NCBI GenBank assembly: GCA_030673105.1
Contig: DAOVJS010000002.1
Span: 1-47,104, forward strand
Length of the DNA stretch: 47,104 nucleotides
Direction of reading: 5' to 3'
DNA from: Spirochaetota bacterium
GTDB lineage: Bacteria; Spirochaetota; B62-G9; DRHN01
Shown here piece after piece: positions 36,202-45,488 of this stretch (within the stretch, counting starts at the first letter, position 1; each line of letters begins with the position of its first letter). The notes beneath the pieces are model-generated. The model was not told where the DNA came from. It saw nothing but the letters and a program-made list of their open reading frames with translations, and ran no database searches. A program made the translations under genes and the position numbers.

Positions 36202-37254
36202 TTAACTTGCAGGATACAGTTTCGGGTTTGCGATATTCTCTGGAACTTTTCCTGCTAAGAATTCTTCAATATTTCGTGCCATCATTTCTGACGTAACTCT
36301 CTTAACCTCTTCCGATGATCCCGCAATGTGCGGCGTAAGGATAATATTATCTATATCCAATAGTGGACTGTCAGGCGGTATTGGTTCAACCTGAACAACA
36401 TCAAGGGCCGCCCCGGCAATCTTTTTACTGCTGAGTGCCCGGCAGAGGTCCTCTTCATTAATCAGGGCACCTCTTGCTGTATTAATAAGATACGATGTTG
36501 ATTTCATCAGACTCAGCTCTTTACGAGAAATTATACCACGAGTCTCTTCTGTAAGTTTACAGCTTAAACTTACGAAATCACTTTTTTTTAAAAGAATTTC
36601 AAGGCTCTCCGTTTTCACATCGTAATACTTATCAGCCTGTTCATCATAATATGGATCGAATACCAGGATTTGCAGCCCGAGTACTTTTGCCTTTTCTGCC
36701 ACCAGTTTTCCTATTCTCCCGAACCCTATTATTCCGAGATTTTTCCCTTTAAGACTCGTGCCCCTGTATCGGACTAACGGGCTGTTTTCGTCCAGACCCC
36801 AAATCGTATCTTTATAAAATGAAGGAGCCGATCCTTTATATGATGTCATTTCCCTGCTTTTTATGAGATTGTCTGTTTTTGTGATATTCCTTGTCAGGTC
36901 AAGCAACAGCCCAATCGTAAAATCGGCAACCGCGTTTGAATTCCTTCCGGGAGTATACGTTACGACTATCCCTCTCTCCGTTGCCGCCTCAATATCAACT
37001 GCTGTTCCAACCCCTCCCCTGCAGCAGCCGATAAACTGCAGTTTTTGAGATTCTTCAATTAAAATACGGTCAATGGTCTCATACTCGCTTATTAATATCT
37101 CTATATTCCTGCATTTCCTTCGCAGTTTTTCCGGGCTCAACACCCGGCGGTCCACGGCGTAACCGTCAATTTCTATTTTCAACCTGTGCTGAACTTTTTT
37201 AAAAAAAGATAAATCAAGATCCGCGGTAATAAGGGTTTCTAACATTTTTGTCAT
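36202..37254 (-). CDS. D-isomer-specific 2-hydroxyacid dehydrogenase (NAD-binding)
   Basis: 350 aa. It has LGIIGFGRIGKLVA, ARGALINEEDL, LDVVQVEP and LTPHIAGSS. Confidence 0.85.
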   Translation of the reverse strand: MTKMLETLITADLDLSFFKKVQHRLKIEIDGYAVDRRVLSPEKLRRKCRNIEILISEYETIDRILIEESQKLQFIGCCRGGVGTAVDIEAATERGIVVTYTPGRNSNAVADFTIGLLLDLTRNITKTDNLIKSREMTSYKGSAPSFYKDTIWGLDENSPLVRYRGTSLKGKNLGIIGFGRIGKLVAEKAKVLGLQILVFDPYYDEQADKYYDVKTESLEILLKKSDFVSLSCKLTEETRGIISRKELSLMKSTSYLINTARGALINEEDLCRALSSKKIAGAALDVVQVEPIPPDSPLLDIDNIILTPHIAGSSEEVKRVTSEMMARNIEEFLAGKVPENIANPKLYPAS

Positions 37255-37285
37255 ATTCGATCCATTCTCAATATATTTTTACCTC

Positions 37286-38902
37286 CTAAATAACATTGCC
37301 GGGATTCAATATATTCAGAGGATCGATCGTGTCCTTAATGGCTTTCATTTCATCGATGGCATTTTGAGGATACAGAATCGCAAGATAATCTTTTTTTAAC
37401 TTACCTATCCCGTGTTCCGCTGATACTGTGCCTCCGAGAGAAACAGCCTTGCCTGCAAACCGCCTGTAGAGCTCTTTAGCCCTGACCAGTTCGTCATAAT
37501 TATCCGGAATCATATTCACATGAAGATGGTTATTCCCTATGTGCCCGAATATAACAGAGGCAATCCGTTCAGCTTCAAGAAGCTCCCTGTAAAATTTCAT
37601 GATCTCTTTTAAATGTTCATCAGGGACCGCTATATCAGTTCCAACCTTATGGATCCTCCCGTCCTTTAACTTCTTCTGCGCGATAATTTTATTTACAGAT
37701 TCCGGAACCGCATGCCTTAATGCTTTGAGCCTCATCATGTCACGCTTATTCAATACAGCCCAGGCTGATTGCGGGTCTCCGCCTGCTTCCTCAATCAGCT
37801 TCTTCCACTTTAAAAATTCCGCTTTCAGATTATCGCCTTCGGGCTTTTCATCCCTGAAAACGGCAGATTCAAAATAGACAGCAGCACTGCAAACGGGAAT
37901 TTCAGGTATTTCAGAAACCGGCCCCTGGCTTTTTCTCGTCCCTTCAAGCAGGGCAAGGGCATCCTTATCGAAGTATTCGACAGCAAGGGGCCTGGCCATC
38001 CCCTTCCGCACTCTGTACACAAAATCAACAGCATAATACTCCTCCTGAAAAAAGACAACACCTCCAAAAAACCTGTGCGGCTCCTCAATAAGACGTATGG
38101 TAACATTCACAATAATACCGAGAATCCCTTCACTGCCGATAAACAGATCGATTAAATCCATGGACTTTTTCGAGTATAATCCGGCAGAGTGTTTGGTTTT
38201 CGGCATCTCATAGGAAGGTGTCGGAATAATAAGAGGCCTGCCGCGCTCTTTTTGGACCCTGAAAAAACCGTTTTCAGCCGGTACCTCACCTCTTTTCAGC
38301 TTTAAAAGTTCACCGGTTGAAAGGATAACTTCGATTCCAACCACATAATTTCGTGTCGGCCCATAAAAGAGAGTCCTGGCCCCTGAAGCGTTTGTCGCGA
38401 CTGTGCCTCCCAGTGTCGCTGTTGTTTCAGTGGGGTCAGGAGGATAAAAGTATGATGTCCTGCTCCTGCTGATTTCCGTAGGCACCACGCTCTCTATACC
38501 GAAATCCTTTGATTTAACACGTGAACTGAGCTCGCTTAGCCTTATTCCGCATTCTGCTTTAAGACTGTACTCCCCTGAAGAAATTTCAACACCGAGGATC
38601 CTGGCCATCTTCTCCAGGGACAAGAGGTACCCGCCTGCACCGGGGACCGCGCCCGCGCAGATCCCGGTCCTCCCGCCGGAAACTGTTACCTTTTTTCTGT
38701 TCCCACACGCTTCATTCATTATCCAGGCAATATTATTTATCGTACGGGGGAAAAAAAGCGACTGAACATTTTCCCCCTCAATATTGGATTCGTCTTTCAA
38801 ATAATCCGAGTAATCCCGGCGTATAGTCTCTTCCCCGTGAACCACCTTCATCCCGTCACTCTGAGGCGTAACATCATATATACCGCTTTTATGCTCTTCC
38901 AC
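37286..38902 (-). CDS. FAD-linked oxidase (GlcD / D-lactate dehydrogenase-like, PCMH-type FAD domain)
   Basis: 538 aa. It has VTVSGGRTGICAGAVP and a C-terminal GGTVSAEHGIGKLKK. It overlaps the etfA stop by 14 nt. Confidence 0.8.
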   Translation of the reverse strand: MEEHKSGIYDVTPQSDGMKVVHGEETIRRDYSDYLKDESNIEGENVQSLFFPRTINNIAWIMNEACGNRKKVTVSGGRTGICAGAVPGAGGYLLSLEKMARILGVEISSGEYSLKAECGIRLSELSSRVKSKDFGIESVVPTEISRSRTSYFYPPDPTETTATLGGTVATNASGARTLFYGPTRNYVVGIEVILSTGELLKLKRGEVPAENGFFRVQKERGRPLIIPTPSYEMPKTKHSAGLYSKKSMDLIDLFIGSEGILGIIVNVTIRLIEEPHRFFGGVVFFQEEYYAVDFVYRVRKGMARPLAVEYFDKDALALLEGTRKSQGPVSEIPEIPVCSAAVYFESAVFRDEKPEGDNLKAEFLKWKKLIEEAGGDPQSAWAVLNKRDMMRLKALRHAVPESVNKIIAQKKLKDGRIHKVGTDIAVPDEHLKEIMKFYRELLEAERIASVIFGHIGNNHLHVNMIPDNYDELVRAKELYRRFAGKAVSLGGTVSAEHGIGKLKKDYLAILYPQNAIDEMKAIKDTIDPLNILNPGNVI

Positions 38903-39881
38903 TGCTCTCCATCTCCTTTAGAATACGGGGAATTATATCGTACAGGTCTCCGACTATGCCGTAATCTGCTGCCTCAAAAATCGTGGCATCAGGGTCCTCA
39001 TTAATGGCTATTATCGTTTCAGAACCCTTCATCCCTGCAAGGTGCTGCACAGCACCGGATATACCGCAGGCTACGTACAATTTCGGGCTTACAGTGCGGC
39101 CTGTCTGGCCAACCTGGTGCGCGTGGCTGATCCACCCCAGGTCTACAGCTCCCCTCGACGCCCCGACCATTCCCCCCAGCTTACGGGAAAGCTCGCCAAT
39201 CAGCTCAAATCCGTCCGCCTTCCCCAGACCCCTCCCGCCTGACACAATAATATCGGTGCGTGTAATATCCATTTTCTCCTCCTGAGCAATAGTCTCAAGT
39301 ACACGTACCGTCCTTCTCATTACAGGGCTGTATCTTTTTGATTTGACCTTTGCCTTCACCGGGTCCCGCGTCTTCTTCATTTTAAAGACATGGGGCCTTA
39401 CAGTGGCCATTTGCGGTTTCGAATCCGCGCATTCAATTGTCGCCATGATATTCCCGCCAAACGCAGGGCGTGTTTGTAAGAGAATTTCCCTGTCTTTATC
39501 GATCCGCAGCTCTGTACAATCAGCCGTTAACCCGGTTTTCAACTGAACTGCAATGAGGGGCATGAGTGTACGCCCGTTGATGGTTGCCCCGGCGAGAATA
39601 ATCTGAGGCCTTTCTTCCTCAACTGCCATACAGGCCAGCTCTGCCAGCAGCTCATGATTTTCATCCATTCCTTCATCAATGTGAATCGCGAGGATTTCCT
39701 CCGCTCCGTACCGTTCAAGTTCGGCTTTATCCCTATCTTTCAACTTCCCGAAAAAAACAGCAATAAGCCTTTCACCGAGCGCCTCTTTCAGTGACCGTCC
39801 CTTTGATAGAAGCTCAAAAACCACGGGGTGTATGCCTTCATTTTGCTTTTCTACAAGAACCCAGATATTCTTATATTCCAT
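38889..39881 (-). CDS. etfA: Electron transfer flavoprotein alpha (large) subunit
   Basis: The C-terminal FAD motif is LYVACGISGAVQHLAGM...IIAINEDPDA. I prefer the start at 39881 (MEYKNIW..) because AAGAGGGAG lies 5 nt upstream. The ORF extends to 39902. Confidence 0.9.
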   Translation of the reverse strand: MEYKNIWVLVEKQNEGIHPVVFELLSKGRSLKEALGERLIAVFFGKLKDRDKAELERYGAEEILAIHIDEGMDENHELLAELACMAVEEERPQIILAGATINGRTLMPLIAVQLKTGLTADCTELRIDKDREILLQTRPAFGGNIMATIECADSKPQMATVRPHVFKMKKTRDPVKAKVKSKRYSPVMRRTVRVLETIAQEEKMDITRTDIIVSGGRGLGKADGFELIGELSRKLGGMVGASRGAVDLGWISHAHQVGQTGRTVSPKLYVACGISGAVQHLAGMKGSETIIAINEDPDATIFEAADYGIVGDLYDIIPRILKEMESSGRA

Positions 39882-40006
39882 CCAAACTCCCTCTTTATAC
39901 AATTTTATCTCCAGCAGAACTCAGGCGCTGTAAACTATTTAAATAAGGCTGTCTTAGAGTTTCTACCAATAAAAAACTAAGTCCCATTGGATATGAAAGG
40001 CACGGT

Positions 40007-40783
40007 TCAGATTCCTCTTACAATACTGATAAACTTCTTTGCTTTTTCGTCAATACTCCCCTCGATAAACTTCACCTTTGAGTTCATTTTTGGCGAAAAT
40101 ATTTTTTTAACACGGGTAGGAGACCCCTTCAGTCCGCATCGGCTGCTGTCCGCTCCTATATCCTGAACACCAAGCCTATGGACCGGTATATCAAAGGATT
40201 TTATCATCCCCTCAAGAGTGGGAATCCGGAGCCGCTGTGCTGCTTTAACCACAGTGAGCAATACCGGATACTCTGCCTCTACAATCTCCTTACCGTTTTC
40301 TATCATTCTTTCAACAACAATGATATCTTTTGCTGTCTTCTGTACGTTAGTCACGAAAGTAACTACAGGTATTCCAAGGTGTCCGGCAACCTCCGGGCCC
40401 ACCTGGGCGGTGTCACCATCTATCGCCTGTTTTCCAAAAAGAAGCAGGTCAAAACCTCCTAACTCTTTTATCGCCATGCTGAGGGTGTAGGAAGTTGCCA
40501 GTGTATCGGCTCCGGCAAAATCCCGGTGTGTAAGAAGATAGGCGCCGTCAGCGCCCAGTGACAGCCCGTCTCTCAAAATTTCTTCGGAATCCGGAATTCC
40601 CATTGTAAGCACCGTAATCTTACCCCCGGTTATGCTTCTGACTTCCAGGGCAAGCTCAAGCGCACTTTCATCCAGAGGATTTGTTATGCTGGGAACTCCT
40701 TTCCGTATGAGTGTGTTACGTTCCGGATCAATCTTTACTTTTTGAGTATCCGGAACCTGTTTAAGGCATACAAGTATATTCAC
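40007..40783 (-). CDS. etfB: Electron transfer flavoprotein beta (small) subunit, bifurcating-type motif
   Basis: 258 aa. It has MNILVCLKQVPD and GKQAIDGDTAQVGPEVAGHLGIP. Confidence 0.9.
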   Translation of the reverse strand: MNILVCLKQVPDTQKVKIDPERNTLIRKGVPSITNPLDESALELALEVRSITGGKITVLTMGIPDSEEILRDGLSLGADGAYLLTHRDFAGADTLATSYTLSMAIKELGGFDLLLFGKQAIDGDTAQVGPEVAGHLGIPVVTFVTNVQKTAKDIIVVERMIENGKEIVEAEYPVLLTVVKAAQRLRIPTLEGMIKSFDIPVHRLGVQDIGADSSRCGLKGSPTRVKKIFSPKMNSKVKFIEGSIDEKAKKFISIVRGI

Positions 40784-40810
40784 GGCACGCCCTTTCTTTT
40801 AAAAAAGAAT

Positions 40811-42178
40811 TTATACCAACCCGTCCCGCTTCATCCAGGTTATTGCCCTGTCAAAAGCATCGACCGTTTTACCAATATCCTCATTCGTATGTGCCGCCGT
40901 TGTCATACCGCCGTTGGCCGTTGTATCAACCCCGTTAAGCAGCATACCCCTTCGAAGGGCATGCTTTAAACTTACAGTGGCAGGATCTTTAAATTTTCGA
41001 TAATCGTAATCATAGGGGTTAAAGTCTCCCGCCCTGGCAAGGAGTTGATCGTGACCCAGCAGATACCTGAATCCGGAAAACTCTCCGTAGACACACCAGT
41101 TCAATCCATGACTGTCAATGACCCCATTCATTCCCTTCCGCAGCTTCACTGCTAATTCATTCGCCTTCCTGCAGGGTTCACCGGATTTAACTATTTTCAA
41201 TGTTTCAATCCCCGCAGCAGCAGAAACCGGGTTCGCGTTGAATGTGCCGGTATGCATCATCTTTTTATTTGACTTCCAATCCCTGTCCTGCCGTATTTCC
41301 AGCAGCTCCATTATCTCTTTTCGGCCTGTGACCGCCCCCCCGGGCAGTCCGCCCGCGAGAATCTTTGCAAGCGCAGTCAGATCCGGCAAAACATTAAAAT
41401 ACTCCTGCGCGCCTCCGGGTGCTACCCGGAACCCTGTAATAACTTCATCAAAAATTAGTATTACACCATTTTTTGTTGCAACTTTACGCAGGCCTTTCAG
41501 AAAATCACCGCCTGTGGGGATAGCCCCGAACCCTCCGCCTGTCGGCTCGATTATAACACAGGCGATATCATCATCGTCTCTCAGTATTTTCTCAACGGCT
41601 TTTATGTCGTTTGGCGGACACAGGACGGTCATAGACATGGCACCTCTGACCGTACCCGGAACCGGCGCTTCGTAGGGAGGATTCACGCCGGGTACAACCT
41701 GGTCATGCCATCCGTGAAAATGTCCCTCAAACTTCAATACCTTATTTTTACCTGTAAATATTCGGGACAGTCTGATGGCCATTAGTGTAGCTTCTGTGCC
41801 GGAACTTGTAAAACGGACTTTCTCAGCAGAAGGGATGATGTCAATAACAAGCTCTGCCCATTCAATTTCCTTAATCTGACAGGCCCCGAAATGGGTTCCA
41901 AGGGTTAGCTGGCCGGTAACGGATTTCATAACACGGTCATGACAATGCCCCAGCAATAGTGCCCCGTGTCCTGACCAGTAATCGATATATTCTCTTCCAT
42001 CCACATCCCATTTTCTTGACCCCCTGGCTTTTTCGATGTATACGGGAAAAGGCTCTAAATACCTGAGGTCGTGAGTTACTCCGTTCGGGAAAAGGGCGGA
42101 AGCCTTTTCATACAATATTCTTGAATTTGGAAGTGCACTTTTATAAGCGTCCAGCATGCTGTGTTCATCAGTTATCAT
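40811..42178 (-). CDS. Class III PLP aminotransferase (glutamate-1-semialdehyde aminomutase-like)
   Basis: 455 aa. It has LIFDEVITGFRV and the Lys context LAKILAGGLPGGA. Confidence 0.85.
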   Translation of the reverse strand: MITDEHSMLDAYKSALPNSRILYEKASALFPNGVTHDLRYLEPFPVYIEKARGSRKWDVDGREYIDYWSGHGALLLGHCHDRVMKSVTGQLTLGTHFGACQIKEIEWAELVIDIIPSAEKVRFTSSGTEATLMAIRLSRIFTGKNKVLKFEGHFHGWHDQVVPGVNPPYEAPVPGTVRGAMSMTVLCPPNDIKAVEKILRDDDDIACVIIEPTGGGFGAIPTGGDFLKGLRKVATKNGVILIFDEVITGFRVAPGGAQEYFNVLPDLTALAKILAGGLPGGAVTGRKEIMELLEIRQDRDWKSNKKMMHTGTFNANPVSAAAGIETLKIVKSGEPCRKANELAVKLRKGMNGVIDSHGLNWCVYGEFSGFRYLLGHDQLLARAGDFNPYDYDYRKFKDPATVSLKHALRRGMLLNGVDTTANGGMTTAAHTNEDIGKTVDAFDRAITWMKRDGLV

Positions 42179-42426
42179 GGATGTCTGTCTCCTTTAAAAA
42201 CCGTACAGACTGAATTTATAGTACTGTGTATCTCCTGGAAAGGTAACTTTCACGACTTCCTCAGCCTTATGGGGCTTGCCGTAAGATAATTAGTATCCGA
42301 TAAATAATAAATACCTATTTTCAGACCGGTACGTTAAGCAGACAAAATCGGATGTTGCAGCCTGAATCAGATTTTAGCCGATATTTAACTTGACCCTATA
42401 AATCTTCCCGCACACAAGGAGGCGGC

Positions 42427-42843
42427 ATGTTGGATACAACTCTGGAAAAAGTCAAAAAACTGATAAAGGAAAAGGACACGTTAATTTCCTGTTTTAATAT
42501 GGATATTGTCAATTTTCAAGCGGGGACTTCCTCTGTCAGCATGAACGTTAAAGATAATCATGTGAATGCTGCCGGTGTTTGCCACGGAGGAGTAATCTTT
42601 TCCCTTGCCGATGTCGCATTCGCCCTTGCCTGTAACAGTCACGGGACTCTATCCCTGGCTCTTGAGATGAGCATAAGCTTTCTGAAGGCCGTTCAGCCGG
42701 GTGAAACAATAACAGCCGTCTGCTGTGAAAGACACAGGGGGAAAAGTACCGGGTGTTATACTATTGAGATTAAAGACTCGCAGGGTAAATTTATTGCGCT
42801 CCTCAAGGCAACGGCTTTCAGAAAAAATACTCCTTTTGTTTAG
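42427..42843 (+). CDS. PaaI-family hotdog-fold thioesterase
   Basis: 138 aa. It has NAAGVCHGGVIFSLADVAFALAC. An AAGGAGG RBS is present. Confidence 0.8.
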   Translation: MLDTTLEKVKKLIKEKDTLISCFNMDIVNFQAGTSSVSMNVKDNHVNAAGVCHGGVIFSLADVAFALACNSHGTLSLALEMSISFLKAVQPGETITAVCCERHRGKSTGCYTIEIKDSQGKFIALLKATAFRKNTPFV

Positions 42844-43022
42844 GGTTTTATATCTTATGTCTCTTTTAAAGTGATTCGATATATCAACTATAGGCAAGGA
42901 AACTTATTAACCATTATGAGATTTTATTAATCGCCTATGGTTTATACCTAATTGTGATTTTATCCATATTAATAGATAAAACCACAGGCGGTAAACAATT
43001 TGCGCGTAGAGGTATTGATATA

Positions 43023-45254
43023 GTGAAAAAAATACTCATGATAATTGGCGCGGGTATTCTTCAGGCTCCTGCCATTAAAACAGCGAGAGAAATGGGACTG
43101 TTAACCCTTGTAACAGACTACGATAAAGATGCCTACGGCATGAAATTCGCGGATTTTCCCATAGTTATGAGCACAAGGGATGTGGATGGCACTGTAAGGG
43201 TCGCAAAGAAGTTTGCGCAGACCAGAAGAATAGACGGAGTAATAACGGTTGGTACGGATGCTTCACTGACTGTTGCCGCGGTACAGCACGCCCTTGACCT
43301 TCCGGGGAACAGAATCGATGTCGCGGAAGCAACAACAAACAAGATCAAGATGAGAAGGCGGCTGGAAGAAAAAGGCATCCCTCAGCCGGTTTTTTTCCCC
43401 TGCGGAACATACGATGACGTTGTAGATGCGTCAAGAAAGCTGGGATTTCCCTTCGTTATTAAACCTGCGGACAACATGGGCGCCCGTGGAGTCATGAAGG
43501 TTGATAAACCCGAAGTGATCCGCTTTGCCTATGAAAGGGCAAAAAACTCAACTCCAAGGGGGGAAATGATCTGTGAAGGTTTTATGGACGGACCTGAGCT
43601 CAGCATTGATGCTCTCGTGTGGGACGGAGAGATATTGATTACAGGCATCGCTGACAGGATCATCGAGTTCCCGCCTTACTTTGTTGAAACCGGTCATATC
43701 ATGCCCACGAATCTTAAACCTGACATGGTTGATGACGGAGTCGGGGTTTTTAAAAGAGGAATACAGACACTGGGGATAGAAACCGGCGCGGCAAAAGGAG
43801 ACATTAAGATCACAAGCGCAGGCGCGATGGTGGGCGAGATCGCTTCCCGCCTGTCAGGCGGCTTCATGTCCGCCTACACATATCCTTATTCAAGCGGGGT
43901 TAATCTTGTTAGAGCTGCGATTAATATCGCGCTGGGGAATCCTCCGGGTGATATTGCCGAGATACTCAAAAGGGTGTCCGCGGAGAGGGCCATAATACCC
44001 GGAAGCGGTGTTGTAAGAACAATAGAAGGAGTGCAAGAGGCAATATCCATAAAAGGCGTAAAAAATGTATTCGTCACCTGCGCTGTTGGTGATACGGTAC
44101 ACATTCCAACCAGCAACGTGGAGAAATGCGGGAATGTCATCGCGGCAGCGGATACAAGGGAGGAAGCTCTCAACAGCGCTAACCTTGGTGTTAAAACACT
44201 TAAGATACTGCTCGGCACAAAAGGTGAAATTAACGAAGGATTGATAAGAAAAAACGCCCTTGAGAAATTATCAGGAACATGCTCTGTATGCAGGGTCTGT
44301 GACGGCGAAGAATGCTCCGGGTGGTTTCCCGGGATAGGGTCAAAGCTGAACGGGGGCGGTTTTAAGAGAAATTTCCGTATTTTACAAAGGTATGTTATTA
44401 TTCCCGATATTTTGAAGAGCATGGACAATGTTAATACCGGAAGCGATATATTCGGTATACCCATTGACCTTCCTGTACTCCCTGCTCCGGTCTCAAATAT
44501 CAAGAAAAACCTGAACAGCATATTCGGGGAGGAGGAATACAACAGGATACTGCTTAAAGGAACAAAAAATTCAGGAAGCATCGGCCTCATTTCACAGTTG
44601 GAGCTCGAACCGGCAAACGGCAGCATCGATTATCTGATAAGCCCTCTTTCAGACGTGTACGGGCATGGAATACCGTTCTTAAACCCCTACTGTGGAGAAA
44701 AAACAACTCTTAATAACATTGAAAAGTCATTCGCAGCAGGGATCAAGACATGCGGGCTTTCAATGGACCTGAAGGACAGCCGCGGAGCGGTCCTGATAAA
44801 TGAAAACCGGCTCTCAGAAATAATCAATAAATCCCCTGTCCCTGTTATTGTAAAAGGCATTCTCTCAAAAGATAACGCCCTTCGGGCCGTAAATGCCGGT
44901 GCTAAGGGAATCGTCCTTTCCAACAGGGGAGGCCGGATACTTGAATACCTCCCCTCAGGCCTTGAAGTTTTGAAAGAGATAAAGGATGCCGTCGGAAATA
45001 ACACTTTAATTATGGTTGACGGAGGCATCAGGAGCGGGGAAGATGTGTTCAAGGCGGTCGCACTGGGAGCTGACATTGTACTTATTGGAAGGCCGCTTGT
45101 AATTTCAATTGCAGGCGCGGCCGAAGAGGGTGTGTCCTTTTACCTGCACAAAATCAGGGATGAGCTTCAGGAAGCAATGCTTGCGGCAGGCGCCAAAACT
45201 GTCAGGGACATTAAACCGGATATGATAAGGGAACTCCCTTTCCCGTCTAAATGA
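43023..45254 (+). CDS. Fusion protein: ATP-grasp ligase domain plus Cys-motif FMN-dependent (alpha-hydroxy-acid-oxidase fold) domain
   Basis: It is a single frame. I prefer the GTG at 43023 (VKKILMIIGAG, AGAGG 10 nt upstream); the ORF opens at GTG 42954. ATP-grasp motifs are FPFVIKPADNMGARGV and GPELSIDAL. The FMN-barrel motifs are VIVKGILS, GIVLSNRGGR and MVDGGIRSGEDVFKAVALGAD. Confidence 0.75.
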   Translation: MKKILMIIGAGILQAPAIKTAREMGLLTLVTDYDKDAYGMKFADFPIVMSTRDVDGTVRVAKKFAQTRRIDGVITVGTDASLTVAAVQHALDLPGNRIDVAEATTNKIKMRRRLEEKGIPQPVFFPCGTYDDVVDASRKLGFPFVIKPADNMGARGVMKVDKPEVIRFAYERAKNSTPRGEMICEGFMDGPELSIDALVWDGEILITGIADRIIEFPPYFVETGHIMPTNLKPDMVDDGVGVFKRGIQTLGIETGAAKGDIKITSAGAMVGEIASRLSGGFMSAYTYPYSSGVNLVRAAINIALGNPPGDIAEILKRVSAERAIIPGSGVVRTIEGVQEAISIKGVKNVFVTCAVGDTVHIPTSNVEKCGNVIAAADTREEALNSANLGVKTLKILLGTKGEINEGLIRKNALEKLSGTCSVCRVCDGEECSGWFPGIGSKLNGGGFKRNFRILQRYVIIPDILKSMDNVNTGSDIFGIPIDLPVLPAPVSNIKKNLNSIFGEEEYNRILLKGTKNSGSIGLISQLELEPANGSIDYLISPLSDVYGHGIPFLNPYCGEKTTLNNIEKSFAAGIKTCGLSMDLKDSRGAVLINENRLSEIINKSPVPVIVKGILSKDNALRAVNAGAKGIVLSNRGGRILEYLPSGLEVLKEIKDAVGNNTLIMVDGGIRSGEDVFKAVALGADIVLIGRPLVISIAGAAEEGVSFYLHKIRDELQEAMLAAGAKTVRDIKPDMIRELPFPSK

Positions 45255-45488
45255 AACTCTCGTATAAGTTATTTTGTAATTATGTAGAGATATAACTCCT
45301 TATCTTGCAGAATGATAGGGCACCTTCAAAACTTCTAATCCTTTTTTAGAGCTGAATAGTTACGCGAATTTATCAATTATTTAGAAAAAGATTGTGTTTC
45401 AAGTCTGGTAAGCCATTCAATCCTGTCATAGTGCTTATCATACCGGTTTTTTTTTGATAAATCCGCATTCATTATTATTTTATATAAA

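Noticed and set aside
43886-44626. Long antisense ORFs: 246 aa here, plus 41118..41675, 12209..12670, 8209..8607 and 32233..32631
   Set aside because: They lie fully inside well-supported genes on the opposite strand. They have low-complexity Ser/Pro/Leu-rich translations and no RBS or family resemblance. ORF 32233..32631 merely mirrors the coding repeat.
45255-45488. A small RNA or small protein in the 234-bp spacer before mnmE (including ORF 45377..45559 on the minus strand)
   Set aside because: There are only weak, imperfect stems. The 60-aa ORF overlaps the mnmE start in antisense and has no RBS. The evidence is insufficient.
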